In this document: positions 35,896 through 44,139 of the stretch, piece by piece
Layout: every line of letters starts with the position of its first letter
Numbering within the stretch: the stretch's first letter is position 1
Source: Candidatus Yanofskybacteria bacterium
GTDB taxonomy: Bacteria > Patescibacteriota > Minisyncoccia > 2-02-FULL-40-12 > IGHO2-01-FULL-4-A
Assembly (NCBI GenBank): GCA_016181175.1
Contig: JACOZV010000004.1
Span: 73,718 to 126,662, forward strand
Length of the DNA stretch: 52,945 bases
Direction: 5' to 3'
Translations under genes and position numbers: made by a program
Notes under the pieces: generated by a model
The model's database searches: none
Seen by the model: only the letters and a program-made list of their open reading frames with translations
What the model was told of the DNA's origin: nothing

Positions 35896-37282
35896 CGCCG
35901 ATAAAAATCGGCTGAAAGTTGCTGTTGTTTACTCTGATATACGCTGTCTTACCCTCAAGTTCAGGCAAAACAGGTAACCGGGCATTGATCTGCCCTGCCG
36001 AAGTGTACAAAATTTCTGCTTCGGCATAACTCGCTCCATTAACGGTCAGTTGGACGCGCGTACTACCGATTTCTTCGGGAAGATTATTCCCGTAGATTTC
36101 AATAATACTGCCGGATTGTGTTTGGCGTTCATGGGTCGCATTGTCTATCACGCCCCCGACGTTTATGCGGGGCAATCTGTCACCCAGAATCTCTTTCATA
36201 AATGCTCCTTGCTGGGTCATATTGCCGGAGCCGTCATAATCACCGAAAAAACCCAGCCAACCCTCATCGGTGTTGTACAGGTTCCATTTCACCGCCAAGA
36301 CGATATCGGAATTTTCTGAAATGGCATCGTATGCGTATCTCAACAGGTCCGCCTCATAGGTGTAATGGATTCCAAATTCACCAATGAACAACTTCTCGGC
36401 TATCCCATTGGCTTTGATGAAATCCAGAATCTTACCTGCATCATTCTTAACTCGCAAGTAAACATCAAGTGGAGTAGTTCCCGTGCCGGATCGCCACATA
36501 GATTGCCAGCTTGAAAAACTTACCAGATCGACTACCAAACCACGCTGAGCCATTTGCCACAACACGGATTTTTCCAGCTGGTTGTTCAGAAGTCCAACAA
36601 CATTTGCCGTCTCAACGGCATTGAAAAACTTCACGGAACTCCCTGCTTCTCCGGCTCTTTCCCTGCCCCGCAAGACACCACGCTGTCTTGCTTCAATGTA
36701 ATCCAGATAGCTCTGCCACTGCACGGTCTTGTTGATGTCGGGATCCAAAGAGCTGATATTGATTTGGAGGCTGTTCTCAACCTCCCAGTCCTTGATTATT
36801 ATGTTTTTGGTCTGGCCGTTGCAAACGGTCGCAACGTATAAAACCAGATCCGCAAATTCCGCCGACACTATTTCTAGAAGTTGACTCCTCAACACTGGAT
36901 CCTGTGGCAGATTTCTGAACATGGTTGGGTATGTCGCCCAATCAAACGCCGTTATCACGACTGTTGAAAAGCCAGGATCGCACAGCACTGCCGTGTAATC
37001 CGAACGGCGAGCCCTTAGGGTCAGGCTTGATGTTTCAAATCTTTCGCCAAGCTTGTAGTCCGAGTAGGGCGAAAGAACAATGTTGATAACCCGCGAGCCG
37101 CTCTCTTTGACACGCTCTGCGCCATCAAGAAGTGGCTCATTGGCTACTGCAAGATGCACGCCGCCCCAGTGGTAGATCCCCAGGCGGTCTCTGATGTCGC
37201 TCGGGGTTTCCATTTGGGCCACAGCAGAGAGTACGCCGAAAACTGATAAGAAAACAACCAAAAAAACTGTCCTTTTTTTCAT
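35882..37282 (-). CDS. Secreted protein, possible TIM-barrel glycoside-hydrolase-like domain plus C-terminal IPT/TIG-like beta domain
   Basis: Signal peptide (MKKRTVFLVVFLSVFGVLSAVAQ). WEVENS and FIGEFG strings resemble GH clan-A catalytic Glu contexts. The functional call is weak. Confidence 0.4.
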   Translation of the reverse strand: MKKRTVFLVVFLSVFGVLSAVAQMETPSDIRDRLGIYHWGGVHLAVANEPLLDGAERVKESGSRVINIVLSPYSDYKLGERFETSSLTLRARRSDYTAVLCDPGFSTVVITAFDWATYPTMFRNLPQDPVLRSQLLEIVSAEFADLVLYVATVCNGQTKNIIIKDWEVENSLQINISSLDPDINKTVQWQSYLDYIEARQRGVLRGRERAGEAGSSVKFFNAVETANVVGLLNNQLEKSVLWQMAQRGLVVDLVSFSSWQSMWRSGTGTTPLDVYLRVKNDAGKILDFIKANGIAEKLFIGEFGIHYTYEADLLRYAYDAISENSDIVLAVKWNLYNTDEGWLGFFGDYDGSGNMTQQGAFMKEILGDRLPRINVGGVIDNATHERQTQSGSIIEIYGNNLPEEIGSTRVQLTVNGASYAEAEILYTSAGQINARLPVLPELEGKTAYIRVNNSNFQPIFIGAPGM

Positions 37283-37379
37283 GTTTTGCTCCTTGTAAAA
37301 GATCAGATTCTATGTATATATATTAACATATTTTCACTAAAAAGTAAATACGACTCGTATCTAGCCGTAATGATTCATC

Positions 37380-37404
37380 AAAAAGCCTTATTTTATGGCT
37401 TTTT
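37380..37404. terminator. Symmetric hairpin terminator at the end of the minor-pilin operon
   Basis: AAAAAGCC-ttattttat-GGCTTTTT. Confidence 0.5.
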
Positions 37405-37418
37405 CTTACACTGCTTAA

Positions 37419-37796
37419 TCAAATATTTACCTCAAGAGACCTGGTCACACCTTCATAGGTGCCTATTGATTTAATCGGGAGCGTTGAGCAATCGGCGGGT
37501 ATAAATAGCGCATTGGTATTGCCATTAATAAAGGTTGCGCCATTACTTAAAACTGGCATTTCCGCCGAACCAATACGGTTAACATACAAGCACCACTCCA
37601 CCCCGCTTTCCGCGGCATATAACGCCCCGGATGATCTTTTTATGTCGCTTGCGGTTCTTATTTTAGGAATGAAAATTGCAGAGAGTGTTAAGGTCATGGA
37701 TAAAAATATGCTCATCAAAAGCACAACCAAAATAACGGCTACCCCTTCTTGATTAGATTTTATATTTTGGGTTTTAGGTTTTAGATTAAAAACCAT
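37419..37796 (-). CDS. PilX-N-like minor pilus protein
   Basis: 125 aa. NQEGVAVILVVLLMSIFLSMTLTL resembles the PilX N-terminal hydrophobic segment. It is the last gene of the pseudopilin operon. Confidence 0.45.
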   Translation of the reverse strand: MVFNLKPKTQNIKSNQEGVAVILVVLLMSIFLSMTLTLSAIFIPKIRTASDIKRSSGALYAAESGVEWCLYVNRIGSAEMPVLSNGATFINGNTNALFIPADCSTLPIKSIGTYEGVTRSLEVNI

Positions 37797-37847
37797 AATT
37801 TAAGGCTGCGGGTTTTAGGGAATTAATTATTACCTATTACTCATTAA

Positions 37848-38366
37848 CTAATTCGAAAGAAATCTCTGCGACAGCGTGGTTTGAATATCAATTGTTGATT
37901 GCTGTTTGGTTTTTACGCTCTTAAGGCCGGCGATTATGGTTACCCGTGGCTGTTTTAGATCATCAATCGCTGTACCGGAAACACAAAACCTAAAATTGGT
38001 AAATTCAACCGTACTGGAATTCATTACACTATCAGTGCCATTCACATTGCGATGAATCGCATTACCAGAAAGAGAATACGTGATACTGCCGTTAACCGGG
38101 TGAGTAACATTCAAAATGGTAGCCGGAGTGGCAGGACAGTCTGTATCCGGACCGGCAATTTGGCTTACGCGAATTTCTTTAGCAATTGCTTCCAGCACAA
38201 AACTGGCGTTTTCTTCTGTATGTTGGGTGTTGAATGCCAGCCTTTGTAAATCCAAAGAACCGACAAAAACTCCGCCCATTAAAACCATGATTACCGAAAA
38301 TAACAAAATCACCAGTGTGGTTTCAATCAAGGTAAACCCTGTATTATGCTTTGGGTTCATTTGCAT
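37848..38366 (-). CDS. Prepilin-type N-terminal cleavage/methylation domain protein (minor pilin)
   Basis: MQMNPKHNTG/FTLIETTLVILLFSVIM has the class III signal with G-1, F+1 and E+5. The start at 38366 is preferred over 38396. Confidence 0.7.
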   Translation of the reverse strand: MQMNPKHNTGFTLIETTLVILLFSVIMVLMGGVFVGSLDLQRLAFNTQHTEENASFVLEAIAKEIRVSQIAGPDTDCPATPATILNVTHPVNGSITYSLSGNAIHRNVNGTDSVMNSSTVEFTNFRFCVSGTAIDDLKQPRVTIIAGLKSVKTKQQSTIDIQTTLSQRFLSN

Positions 38367-38386
38367 TTTTAGGCTAAGGCGAAGCG

Positions 38387-38905
38387 TTATTTCCAATTAA
38401 ACAAATGATCTTCGGCGCTGACAGATTTGGGTGCCGATCCTCTTTCAGTCCAAGTAACATCTACAACTATACTCTTTTCAACGCCGGTAACTTCCGTAAC
38501 AACGTCAATGGTGCGCTTAAACAGGGTATCGCCACCAGAATCGTAACTGAATAAGCCAGTAGCGGGGTCGCTTTTTAAATTGGGATTACTATCTAAAGTA
38601 AGCAATGCCTGCGAATCCCACTGAACTCTATAAGTACCGTCTGGAATTGACGTACCAAATGAATTTCCCAAAAACCAGTCGCGATCTCGTATATTCCTCA
38701 CAACCTCTATTCCCTCTTGTGCTAGGCCGCTGGCAATAAAATTATTTTTGATTGAAGTGGCGCTTCTGCTATTTGTTGTTAAAATAAAAGTTATCGCGGT
38801 AAAAGCCAGCCCAAAAATAAAAACAGCGATTAATATTTCGACGAGTGTAAACCCGGATTGGCCATGACCAAAAATTATTTTTCTATGAATTTTAGTTTGT
38901 GCCAT
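38387..38905 (-). CDS. Prepilin-type minor pilin (PilV-like)
   Basis: ...GHGQSG/FTLVEILIAVFIFGLAF class III signal. Confidence 0.7.
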   Translation of the reverse strand: MAQTKIHRKIIFGHGQSGFTLVEILIAVFIFGLAFTAITFILTTNSRSATSIKNNFIASGLAQEGIEVVRNIRDRDWFLGNSFGTSIPDGTYRVQWDSQALLTLDSNPNLKSDPATGLFSYDSGGDTLFKRTIDVVTEVTGVEKSIVVDVTWTERGSAPKSVSAEDHLFNWK

Positions 38906-39463
38906 TTATTCAGAGTCTATTTGTCCCGAACCGTAAATACTTATATCGGTGCATGTACTTTGATCACAATTTTGCTGATTTTTAAGTTGAACCGTGATAA
39001 CCGTTGGCGAGGCAGACAAAGAATAACTGTTGTTTAGGTAAACCTTTGGGTCAGGAGGTTCAAAAAAAACATCAAGGAAAGCGGACCTAATTTCCATATT
39101 AGAATTAATTAGCTTTTTTGTCTCTACAACCATGTCGCCCGCCTGATAATTACGCGTGATAACCGAAGAACACAGCCCGGAAACCGGCACCACCTTGGCG
39201 TAAATAGAATAAGAGTTTTGGTCCAAATAATGAACACCATAGCCACACGTTAAGTTACCCTGAAAACGGCTACCCGATAAAGCCATGGATTGCGCCCTTC
39301 TGATGTCTGACAAAATTACAGAAGCCGTTTGGTCGCGCGCCGTTTCACTCTCCGGAGAAACACCAAAATTAAAAATTAAAACCACTGAAAAAGTGGCAAT
39401 AATGGCAGAAATAACGAGAAGTTCAATTATAGTAAAACCTCTATTATTCATAATCCACTTCAA
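38906..39463 (-). CDS. Prepilin-type minor pilin (FimT/GspH-like)
   Basis: MKWIMNNRG/FTIIELLVISAIIATF class III signal. Confidence 0.7.
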   Translation of the reverse strand: MKWIMNNRGFTIIELLVISAIIATFSVVLIFNFGVSPESETARDQTASVILSDIRRAQSMALSGSRFQGNLTCGYGVHYLDQNSYSIYAKVVPVSGLCSSVITRNYQAGDMVVETKKLINSNMEIRSAFLDVFFEPPDPKVYLNNSYSLSASPTVITVQLKNQQNCDQSTCTDISIYGSGQIDSE

Positions 39464-39842
39464 TAAAATCGCCCGCTTTAATTCTTATCTTGTTTATATC
39501 CGACGTCTTGACCGGCTTACCATTCAAGTAAAAATGCCAGTCGTGATTTCCGAATTTAACCGCATCGCCTATTTTGGCCAAAACTACTGAGTTGTCTTCT
39601 CGCATTGAATATTTTAACTCAAAATTGTCTCCTAAAAAAGATGAATAAAGAGCTTCAAGAACGGTCATGTCGGTTACAACAGGCCCCTCAAACTTTCTGC
39701 TTTGACCATCGGGGAAGTTTATGCTCAACTGCGCGTTCATGGCGTTACGTGACAAGTCTACTTTAAAATAAAAAAGTGCCGCGCCCAAAACCAAAACAAC
39801 CGCTATCCACGTCAAATGTTTTTTTGATAACTCGCTTTTCAT
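39444..39842 (-). CDS. Membrane-anchored DUF4430-like protein
   Basis: N-terminal TM segment. The C-terminal WHFYLNGKPV...IRIKAGDFIEVDY resembles the DUF4430 beta-grasp signature. Assignment is from memory only. Confidence 0.4.
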   Translation of the reverse strand: MKSELSKKHLTWIAVVLVLGAALFYFKVDLSRNAMNAQLSINFPDGQSRKFEGPVVTDMTVLEALYSSFLGDNFELKYSMREDNSVVLAKIGDAVKFGNHDWHFYLNGKPVKTSDINKIRIKAGDFIEVDYE

Positions 39843-40669
39843 CTTAAAATAAACGACACTGAAAAGAAAATGGGTTTAATTTTTTCCAATATTACCCGAC
39901 CAAAGAAAAAATAAACAGTTGCCGAAAAACCAATAAATGCCCCGAATGGTAGTTTGGTCTTCAGGTTAGCACGACGTCCTATTAACAAAATCAAACCAAC
40001 AACTGACCCAACCGCCACAGCACCGTAAAAAATAATTAATCCGCCCCAAAAACCAAAAATTAATCCGATCAGACCTGCAAATTTAGCATCACCCAGTCCA
40101 AGCCAAACCCCCTTTGACAAAAACCAAACAAAAAAGAGAATTGAGAATAAAACAATCGCGCCTAAAAAATTATTAAAAGAAAAAACATTAAAAACGCGGC
40201 CAACTGAAAAATATTCTAAAATTCCATAAGCAAGGATGCCGGTCAGCATCACCAACATAACGGAATCCGGCAAAATAAAATTTTTAAGGTCAATGAGGGC
40301 GAGTGCAAACAATGCTTCCAGAATAAAAATCGCGAACAGCCAATCAACAACCCCAACCTGGCCTAAAAAACGAAGGGCTAGCACAAAAATCACTCCGGAA
40401 TACAATTCTACCGCCGGGTATAGCCAGGAAATACGTTGTCGGCATTGCCGACAACGCGCTTTCAAAACAAAAAAACTAAAGACCGGAATTAGATCATACC
40501 ACGATAGTTTTTTACGGCAGTTTGGACAAGCAGACCGTCCCCAAAAAATTCCTTGCCCGCGAGGAATTCTGTAAATAACAACATTAACAAAACTACCCAC
40601 CATCAAACCGAGAAAAAATCCCATTAGAGGTAGCGGCAGTAACACATAAGTAAAACCTGCATTCACCAT
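39839..40669 (-). CDS. pilD: Prepilin peptidase / N-methyltransferase (A24 family)
   Basis: Zn-binding CPNCRKKL...CRQCRQRISWLYP, polytopic, with conserved Asp contexts (LGLGDAKF). Confidence 0.9.
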   Translation of the reverse strand: MVNAGFTYVLLPLPLMGFFLGLMVGSFVNVVIYRIPRGQGIFWGRSACPNCRKKLSWYDLIPVFSFFVLKARCRQCRQRISWLYPAVELYSGVIFVLALRFLGQVGVVDWLFAIFILEALFALALIDLKNFILPDSVMLVMLTGILAYGILEYFSVGRVFNVFSFNNFLGAIVLFSILFFVWFLSKGVWLGLGDAKFAGLIGLIFGFWGGLIIFYGAVAVGSVVGLILLIGRRANLKTKLPFGAFIGFSATVYFFFGRVILEKIKPIFFSVSFILR

Positions 40670-40754
40670 TTATTTCTGCTAAACATTAATTTTGATTTAT
40701 AAACACGCTGAGCTACCTCTAATGGGATAAAAATATAAACAAACCACAACAAAA

Positions 40755-40824
40755 CGTATTAAGGGGTTAGTATTAAGTATTAGGGGTAATTTTTAATTTC
40801 TGGTCTTACCATAATACTTAATAC
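40755..40824 (+). repeat. Pilus-operon hairpin repeat, copy T1
   Basis: GTATTAAGGGGTTAGTATTAAGTATTAGGGGTA...TACCATAATACTTAATACT. The arms AGTATTAAGTATTA and TAATACTTAATACT are inverted. Confidence 0.75.
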
Positions 40825-40848
40825 TGCATGCTGAACCCCACCCAGAAA

Positions 40849-41439
40849 TTATGGCTGGCCGGAATCGTAGATACAGTCACTCGCTGCGGTGTCGGTGCAA
40901 GCCTCTGTTCCTCCAGTCATAGCAGCACCGGACCATCCGGTTGAGTTGATATCGGTATCGTTATTAAGGGCATTAGTGTTTTTCTGTTCTAATTCCGCCC
41001 AAATCTGCATGCTTCTGGGAGTAGCAGCCGGATTCCACGCATAACCGTAACAGTTAAAAATACTTGAGACCGTACCAGCATAGGTGTCGGTGCAACCAGC
41101 CGCTATCGGATCATGTGGAATATTCACCAAGTATGTCGGTTTTAAACCTGTCATAACGTTGGTAGCCAAATAAGAACCGTTATCATCATAATAAAGTTCC
41201 AGGGCTGAACGAACCTGGTTTACGTCAGCAATACGCTTGGCATCTCTCGCTTTGGCTCTAGCTACGCCCAATTGCAACAATAGTAATGTTGCCAAAATTG
41301 AAATTATGGCAATAACAACCAAGAGTTCGACCAAGGTAAAACCCTTCGATTGGCTCAGGGCAAGTCCGTGAGAGCGATTCTTGCGTCCGCTTCCACCCGT
41401 GGGCCACTTTAGACCCAAAACACTTAAAAATATCGACAC
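40849..41439 (-). CDS. pilA: Major type IV pilin
   Basis: ...ALSQSKG/FTLVELLVVIAIISILATLLLLQLGVARAKARDAKR is the canonical pilin N-terminus. It has its own promoter. The start codon is uncertain (GTG at 41439 gives a 33-aa leader). Confidence 0.8.
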   Translation of the reverse strand: MSIFLSVLGLKWPTGGSGRKNRSHGLALSQSKGFTLVELLVVIAIISILATLLLLQLGVARAKARDAKRIADVNQVRSALELYYDDNGSYLATNVMTGLKPTYLVNIPHDPIAAGCTDTYAGTVSSIFNCYGYAWNPAATPRSMQIWAELEQKNTNALNNDTDINSTGWSGAAMTGGTEACTDTAASDCIYDSGQP

Positions 41440-41446
41440 TTTTTGA

Positions 41447-41482
41447 CTAGTTTCTAGTTTTATAAATTCTAGTTTCTAGTTT
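41447..41482 (-). promoter_or_regulatory. Direct repeats (CTAGTTT)2-N8-(CTAGTTT)2 in the pilA 5' leader
   Basis: CTAGTTTCTAGTTT at 41447-41460 and at 41469-41482, 22 bp centre to centre, 8-43 nt upstream of the pilA start. Confidence 0.45.
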
Positions 41483-41540
41483 CTAAACAATTAAAAACTG
41501 GCAACCAGATAAAAACTAAAACCACGTTTAATTACTAAAA

Positions 41541-41569
41541 TTATAATTTTTAAACGAGTTTAAATCAAC
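41541..41569 (-). promoter_or_regulatory. Near-consensus promoter of pilA (TTGATT-17-TATAAT)
   Basis: On the minus strand, TTGATT (41569-41564), a 17-nt spacer and TATAAT (41546-41541). Confidence 0.5.
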
Positions 41570-41600
41570 TTAAGTTATACACACCCTGCAATAATAAAAA

Positions 41601-41677
41601 AGTGTTAAGTATCAAGTATTATGGGAAAGTCACGAATTCATAATTCCCTTTAATACTTAATACTAGCCCCTTAATAC
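41601..41677 (-). repeat. Pilus-operon hairpin repeat, copy T2 (inverted orientation, followed by a T-run on the minus strand)
   Basis: Minus strand: GTATTAAGGGGCTAGTATTAAGTATTAAAGGGA...TCCCATAATACTTGATACTTAACACTTTTTT. It lies directly after the pilC stop. Confidence 0.75.
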
Positions 41678-41681
41678 CGCC

Positions 41682-42890
41682 TTACCCGGCCCCGACTAAA
41701 CTGTATATGGGCAACAGAACGGCTGACACCAAAAGGCCAACACCAATACCCAGAACTAAGATTAAAACCGGTTCAATAAGTTGGGAGAGGTTTTGAATGC
41801 TGTTTTCCGATTCGGTTTTATAAAAGTTAAATATGTTTTCAAGCACAAAATCTGTCTTTCCGGTTTTTTCTCCGATAATCAACATGGAACTTACCAAGGG
41901 GGGTATTTCGCTGTATTTTTCAAAAACTTGTGAAATGGTACCGCCACCCCTAACGTTTTCTTTGGCTTGTAGCAAGATTCCCCTGTATACGTCATTGCCC
42001 ACAACGTCGGCGGTAATACCTATTCCATCAAGGATCGGCACATCGGATTTTATCAGTGTTGCAAGCGTCTCGGCAATACGCGCCAAATAAAAATTTCTTG
42101 TTATCTCGCCAAATCGCGGCATTTTTATTTTAAAGTTATCAAAACGCTCACGTCCACGCGGAGTTTTGACGTAATAAACCAACATTGCAAACCCGCCCAC
42201 CATCAAGGTCACCAGTAAAAAAAGATACTTATTTATAAAACCGGTCACGGCCATCAAAACCCTTGTGGTAACGGGAATATCCGTAATACCGGCGTCATTT
42301 ATAACTGAAAGCAATTGCGGCAAAACTGTCGTCATTAAAAGCATCGTCACGATTACCATCGCAGAAAGAACAAACGCCGGATAAGCAAGCGCTCCTTTGA
42401 TTTTTGAATTTAGCGAAGCACTCCTTTCTAAATATTCTGCAAGATAAGTCAACGTAGTCTGAAGTTTACCAGTTGCCTCGCCGGCTCTTACCAAACTAAT
42501 GTAAAAACGATTAAAAACCTTGCTATGCTCGGCCAAAGCAACTGAAAGGGGCGCGCCTCCTTCAATTGATGACACAACGGTTGAAACAATTTTTTTAAAT
42601 GACCCTTTTTCAACTTGCCTAGAAAGAATGTGCAAACCCTCCACCAACGGCACATCCGCTTCAATCAATGTTGCCATTTGTCTGGTAAACAAAACTACGT
42701 CTTTGTGGGAGGGTCTGCTAAACATCGTCGTTATGTCGCGCGACAACAAACCCTTGCGGGTTTTCTCTAAACTCAAAATCGCCAGGTTCTTCTGGTGTAA
42801 AATATTTACTGCTTGATCTTCAGAGGGAGCTTCAATTTTGCCTGTAGTCAACTCCCCCGCTTGAGTTTTAGCCTGATATAAAAACTCCAA
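41682..42890 (-). CDS. pilC: Type IV pilus platform protein (GspF/PilC family)
   Basis: 402 aa with two T2SF repeats and 3 TM segments. The start is a TTG per the track. Confidence 0.9.
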   Translation of the reverse strand: MEFLYQAKTQAGELTTGKIEAPSEDQAVNILHQKNLAILSLEKTRKGLLSRDITTMFSRPSHKDVVLFTRQMATLIEADVPLVEGLHILSRQVEKGSFKKIVSTVVSSIEGGAPLSVALAEHSKVFNRFYISLVRAGEATGKLQTTLTYLAEYLERSASLNSKIKGALAYPAFVLSAMVIVTMLLMTTVLPQLLSVINDAGITDIPVTTRVLMAVTGFINKYLFLLVTLMVGGFAMLVYYVKTPRGRERFDNFKIKMPRFGEITRNFYLARIAETLATLIKSDVPILDGIGITADVVGNDVYRGILLQAKENVRGGGTISQVFEKYSEIPPLVSSMLIIGEKTGKTDFVLENIFNFYKTESENSIQNLSQLIEPVLILVLGIGVGLLVSAVLLPIYSLVGAG

Positions 42891-42893
42891 AAA

Positions 42894-42962
42894 GTATTAA
42901 GGGGTTAGTATTAAGTATAAAGTTAATTTGGGGTTTATCTTTTTACCATAATACATAATACT
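42894..42962 (+). repeat. Pilus-operon hairpin repeat, copy T3
   Basis: GTATTAAGGGGTTAGTATTAAGTATAAAGTTA...TACCATAATACATAATACT fills the pilT-pilC gap. Confidence 0.75.
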
Positions 42963-42967
42963 GATCC

Positions 42968-44059
42968 CTATTTTAGGAGAGTTCTCAATTCTGCTGGGTG
43001 TAATGAATAAAACTCCGCTTGTTCGTAAGAAATCTCGCCGCGCCGCACCAAGTCAGCCAAAGAACGATTTAAAGATACCATGCCAACATCGGAACCGGTA
43101 TCTATCATCAAATTCAGTTGTTGGACTTTCCCTTCGCGGATAATTGTCCTGACAGCTGGGGTCGCAATCATAACCTCTACAGCCGGAACTAATCCACCCT
43201 TTATGCGCGGAATCAATCTCATTGAAATAACACCGGAGATGGTATTTGCCAATTGGGATATTATTTGCCGTTGCTGTTGCGGAGGGAAAATATCAATAAT
43301 ACGCTCGATGCTTTGGGCTGCATTATTGGTGTGAAGAGACGCAAAAACCAGATGCCCAGTTTCTGCAGCAGTCACAGCGGTACTTACAGTATCATAATCC
43401 CGCATTTCACCCACCATTATTACGTTCACATTTTCACGAAACGTAGAACGTAGGGCCTTGTTGAAAGATATGGTGTCAAAGTAAACCTCTCTCTGGTCAA
43501 TTATGCTTTTATCTGGAGTAAAAACGTATTCAATCGGATCCTCAATGGTTATTATTTTCTCACCGCGCTCGTGATTTATCAGGTCTATCAGCGACGCCAG
43601 CGTCGTGGACTTGCCATGTCCGTTGGGGCCGACGACCAAAACAAATCCTTGAGACAATCTCGTAAATATCTTTAAAATCGGCGGCAAATTAAGTTCATCA
43701 ACCGTTTTAATTTCACTGGGAATAAGGCGAAAAGCAGCAGCAAAGTTGCCCCTGGTGTGATATAGATTCACCCTAAAACGCAGCTTATTGCTTAATTCAT
43801 AAGAAAAATCTAGTTCTTTTTCAGCTAAAAATTTTTCTTTAGGGCCATCGCTAACCAACGACAAAACCAAGTTGTTGAGCAACTGATTATCCAGGATCTT
43901 GCGATCGGTTAATGGCACTAGCCGCCAGTCAATGCGAATTGTCGGATAGTGTCCGGGCGATAAATGCAAATCAGAGCCACCCTTTTGGGCAGTTACCGTT
44001 AAAAGCTCATCTAACTGTTTTTTATAATTTTCGCTTTGTATGTTTTGTGATGTATCCAT
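42968..44059 (-). CDS. pilT: Type IV pilus retraction ATPase
   Basis: 363 aa. Walker A GPNGHGKST, an Asp box, Walker B and a PilT-type His box (ASLHTNNAAQ). Confidence 0.88.
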   Translation of the reverse strand: MDTSQNIQSENYKKQLDELLTVTAQKGGSDLHLSPGHYPTIRIDWRLVPLTDRKILDNQLLNNLVLSLVSDGPKEKFLAEKELDFSYELSNKLRFRVNLYHTRGNFAAAFRLIPSEIKTVDELNLPPILKIFTRLSQGFVLVVGPNGHGKSTTLASLIDLINHERGEKIITIEDPIEYVFTPDKSIIDQREVYFDTISFNKALRSTFRENVNVIMVGEMRDYDTVSTAVTAAETGHLVFASLHTNNAAQSIERIIDIFPPQQQRQIISQLANTISGVISMRLIPRIKGGLVPAVEVMIATPAVRTIIREGKVQQLNLMIDTGSDVGMVSLNRSLADLVRRGEISYEQAEFYSLHPAELRTLLK

Positions 44060-44139
44060 CCTCGCTCTAAATTTTTAATTTCCAATTTTTAATTTTTAAA
44101 TAAATCTTAATGTTTTAATTTTTAAACATTAGAAATTAT

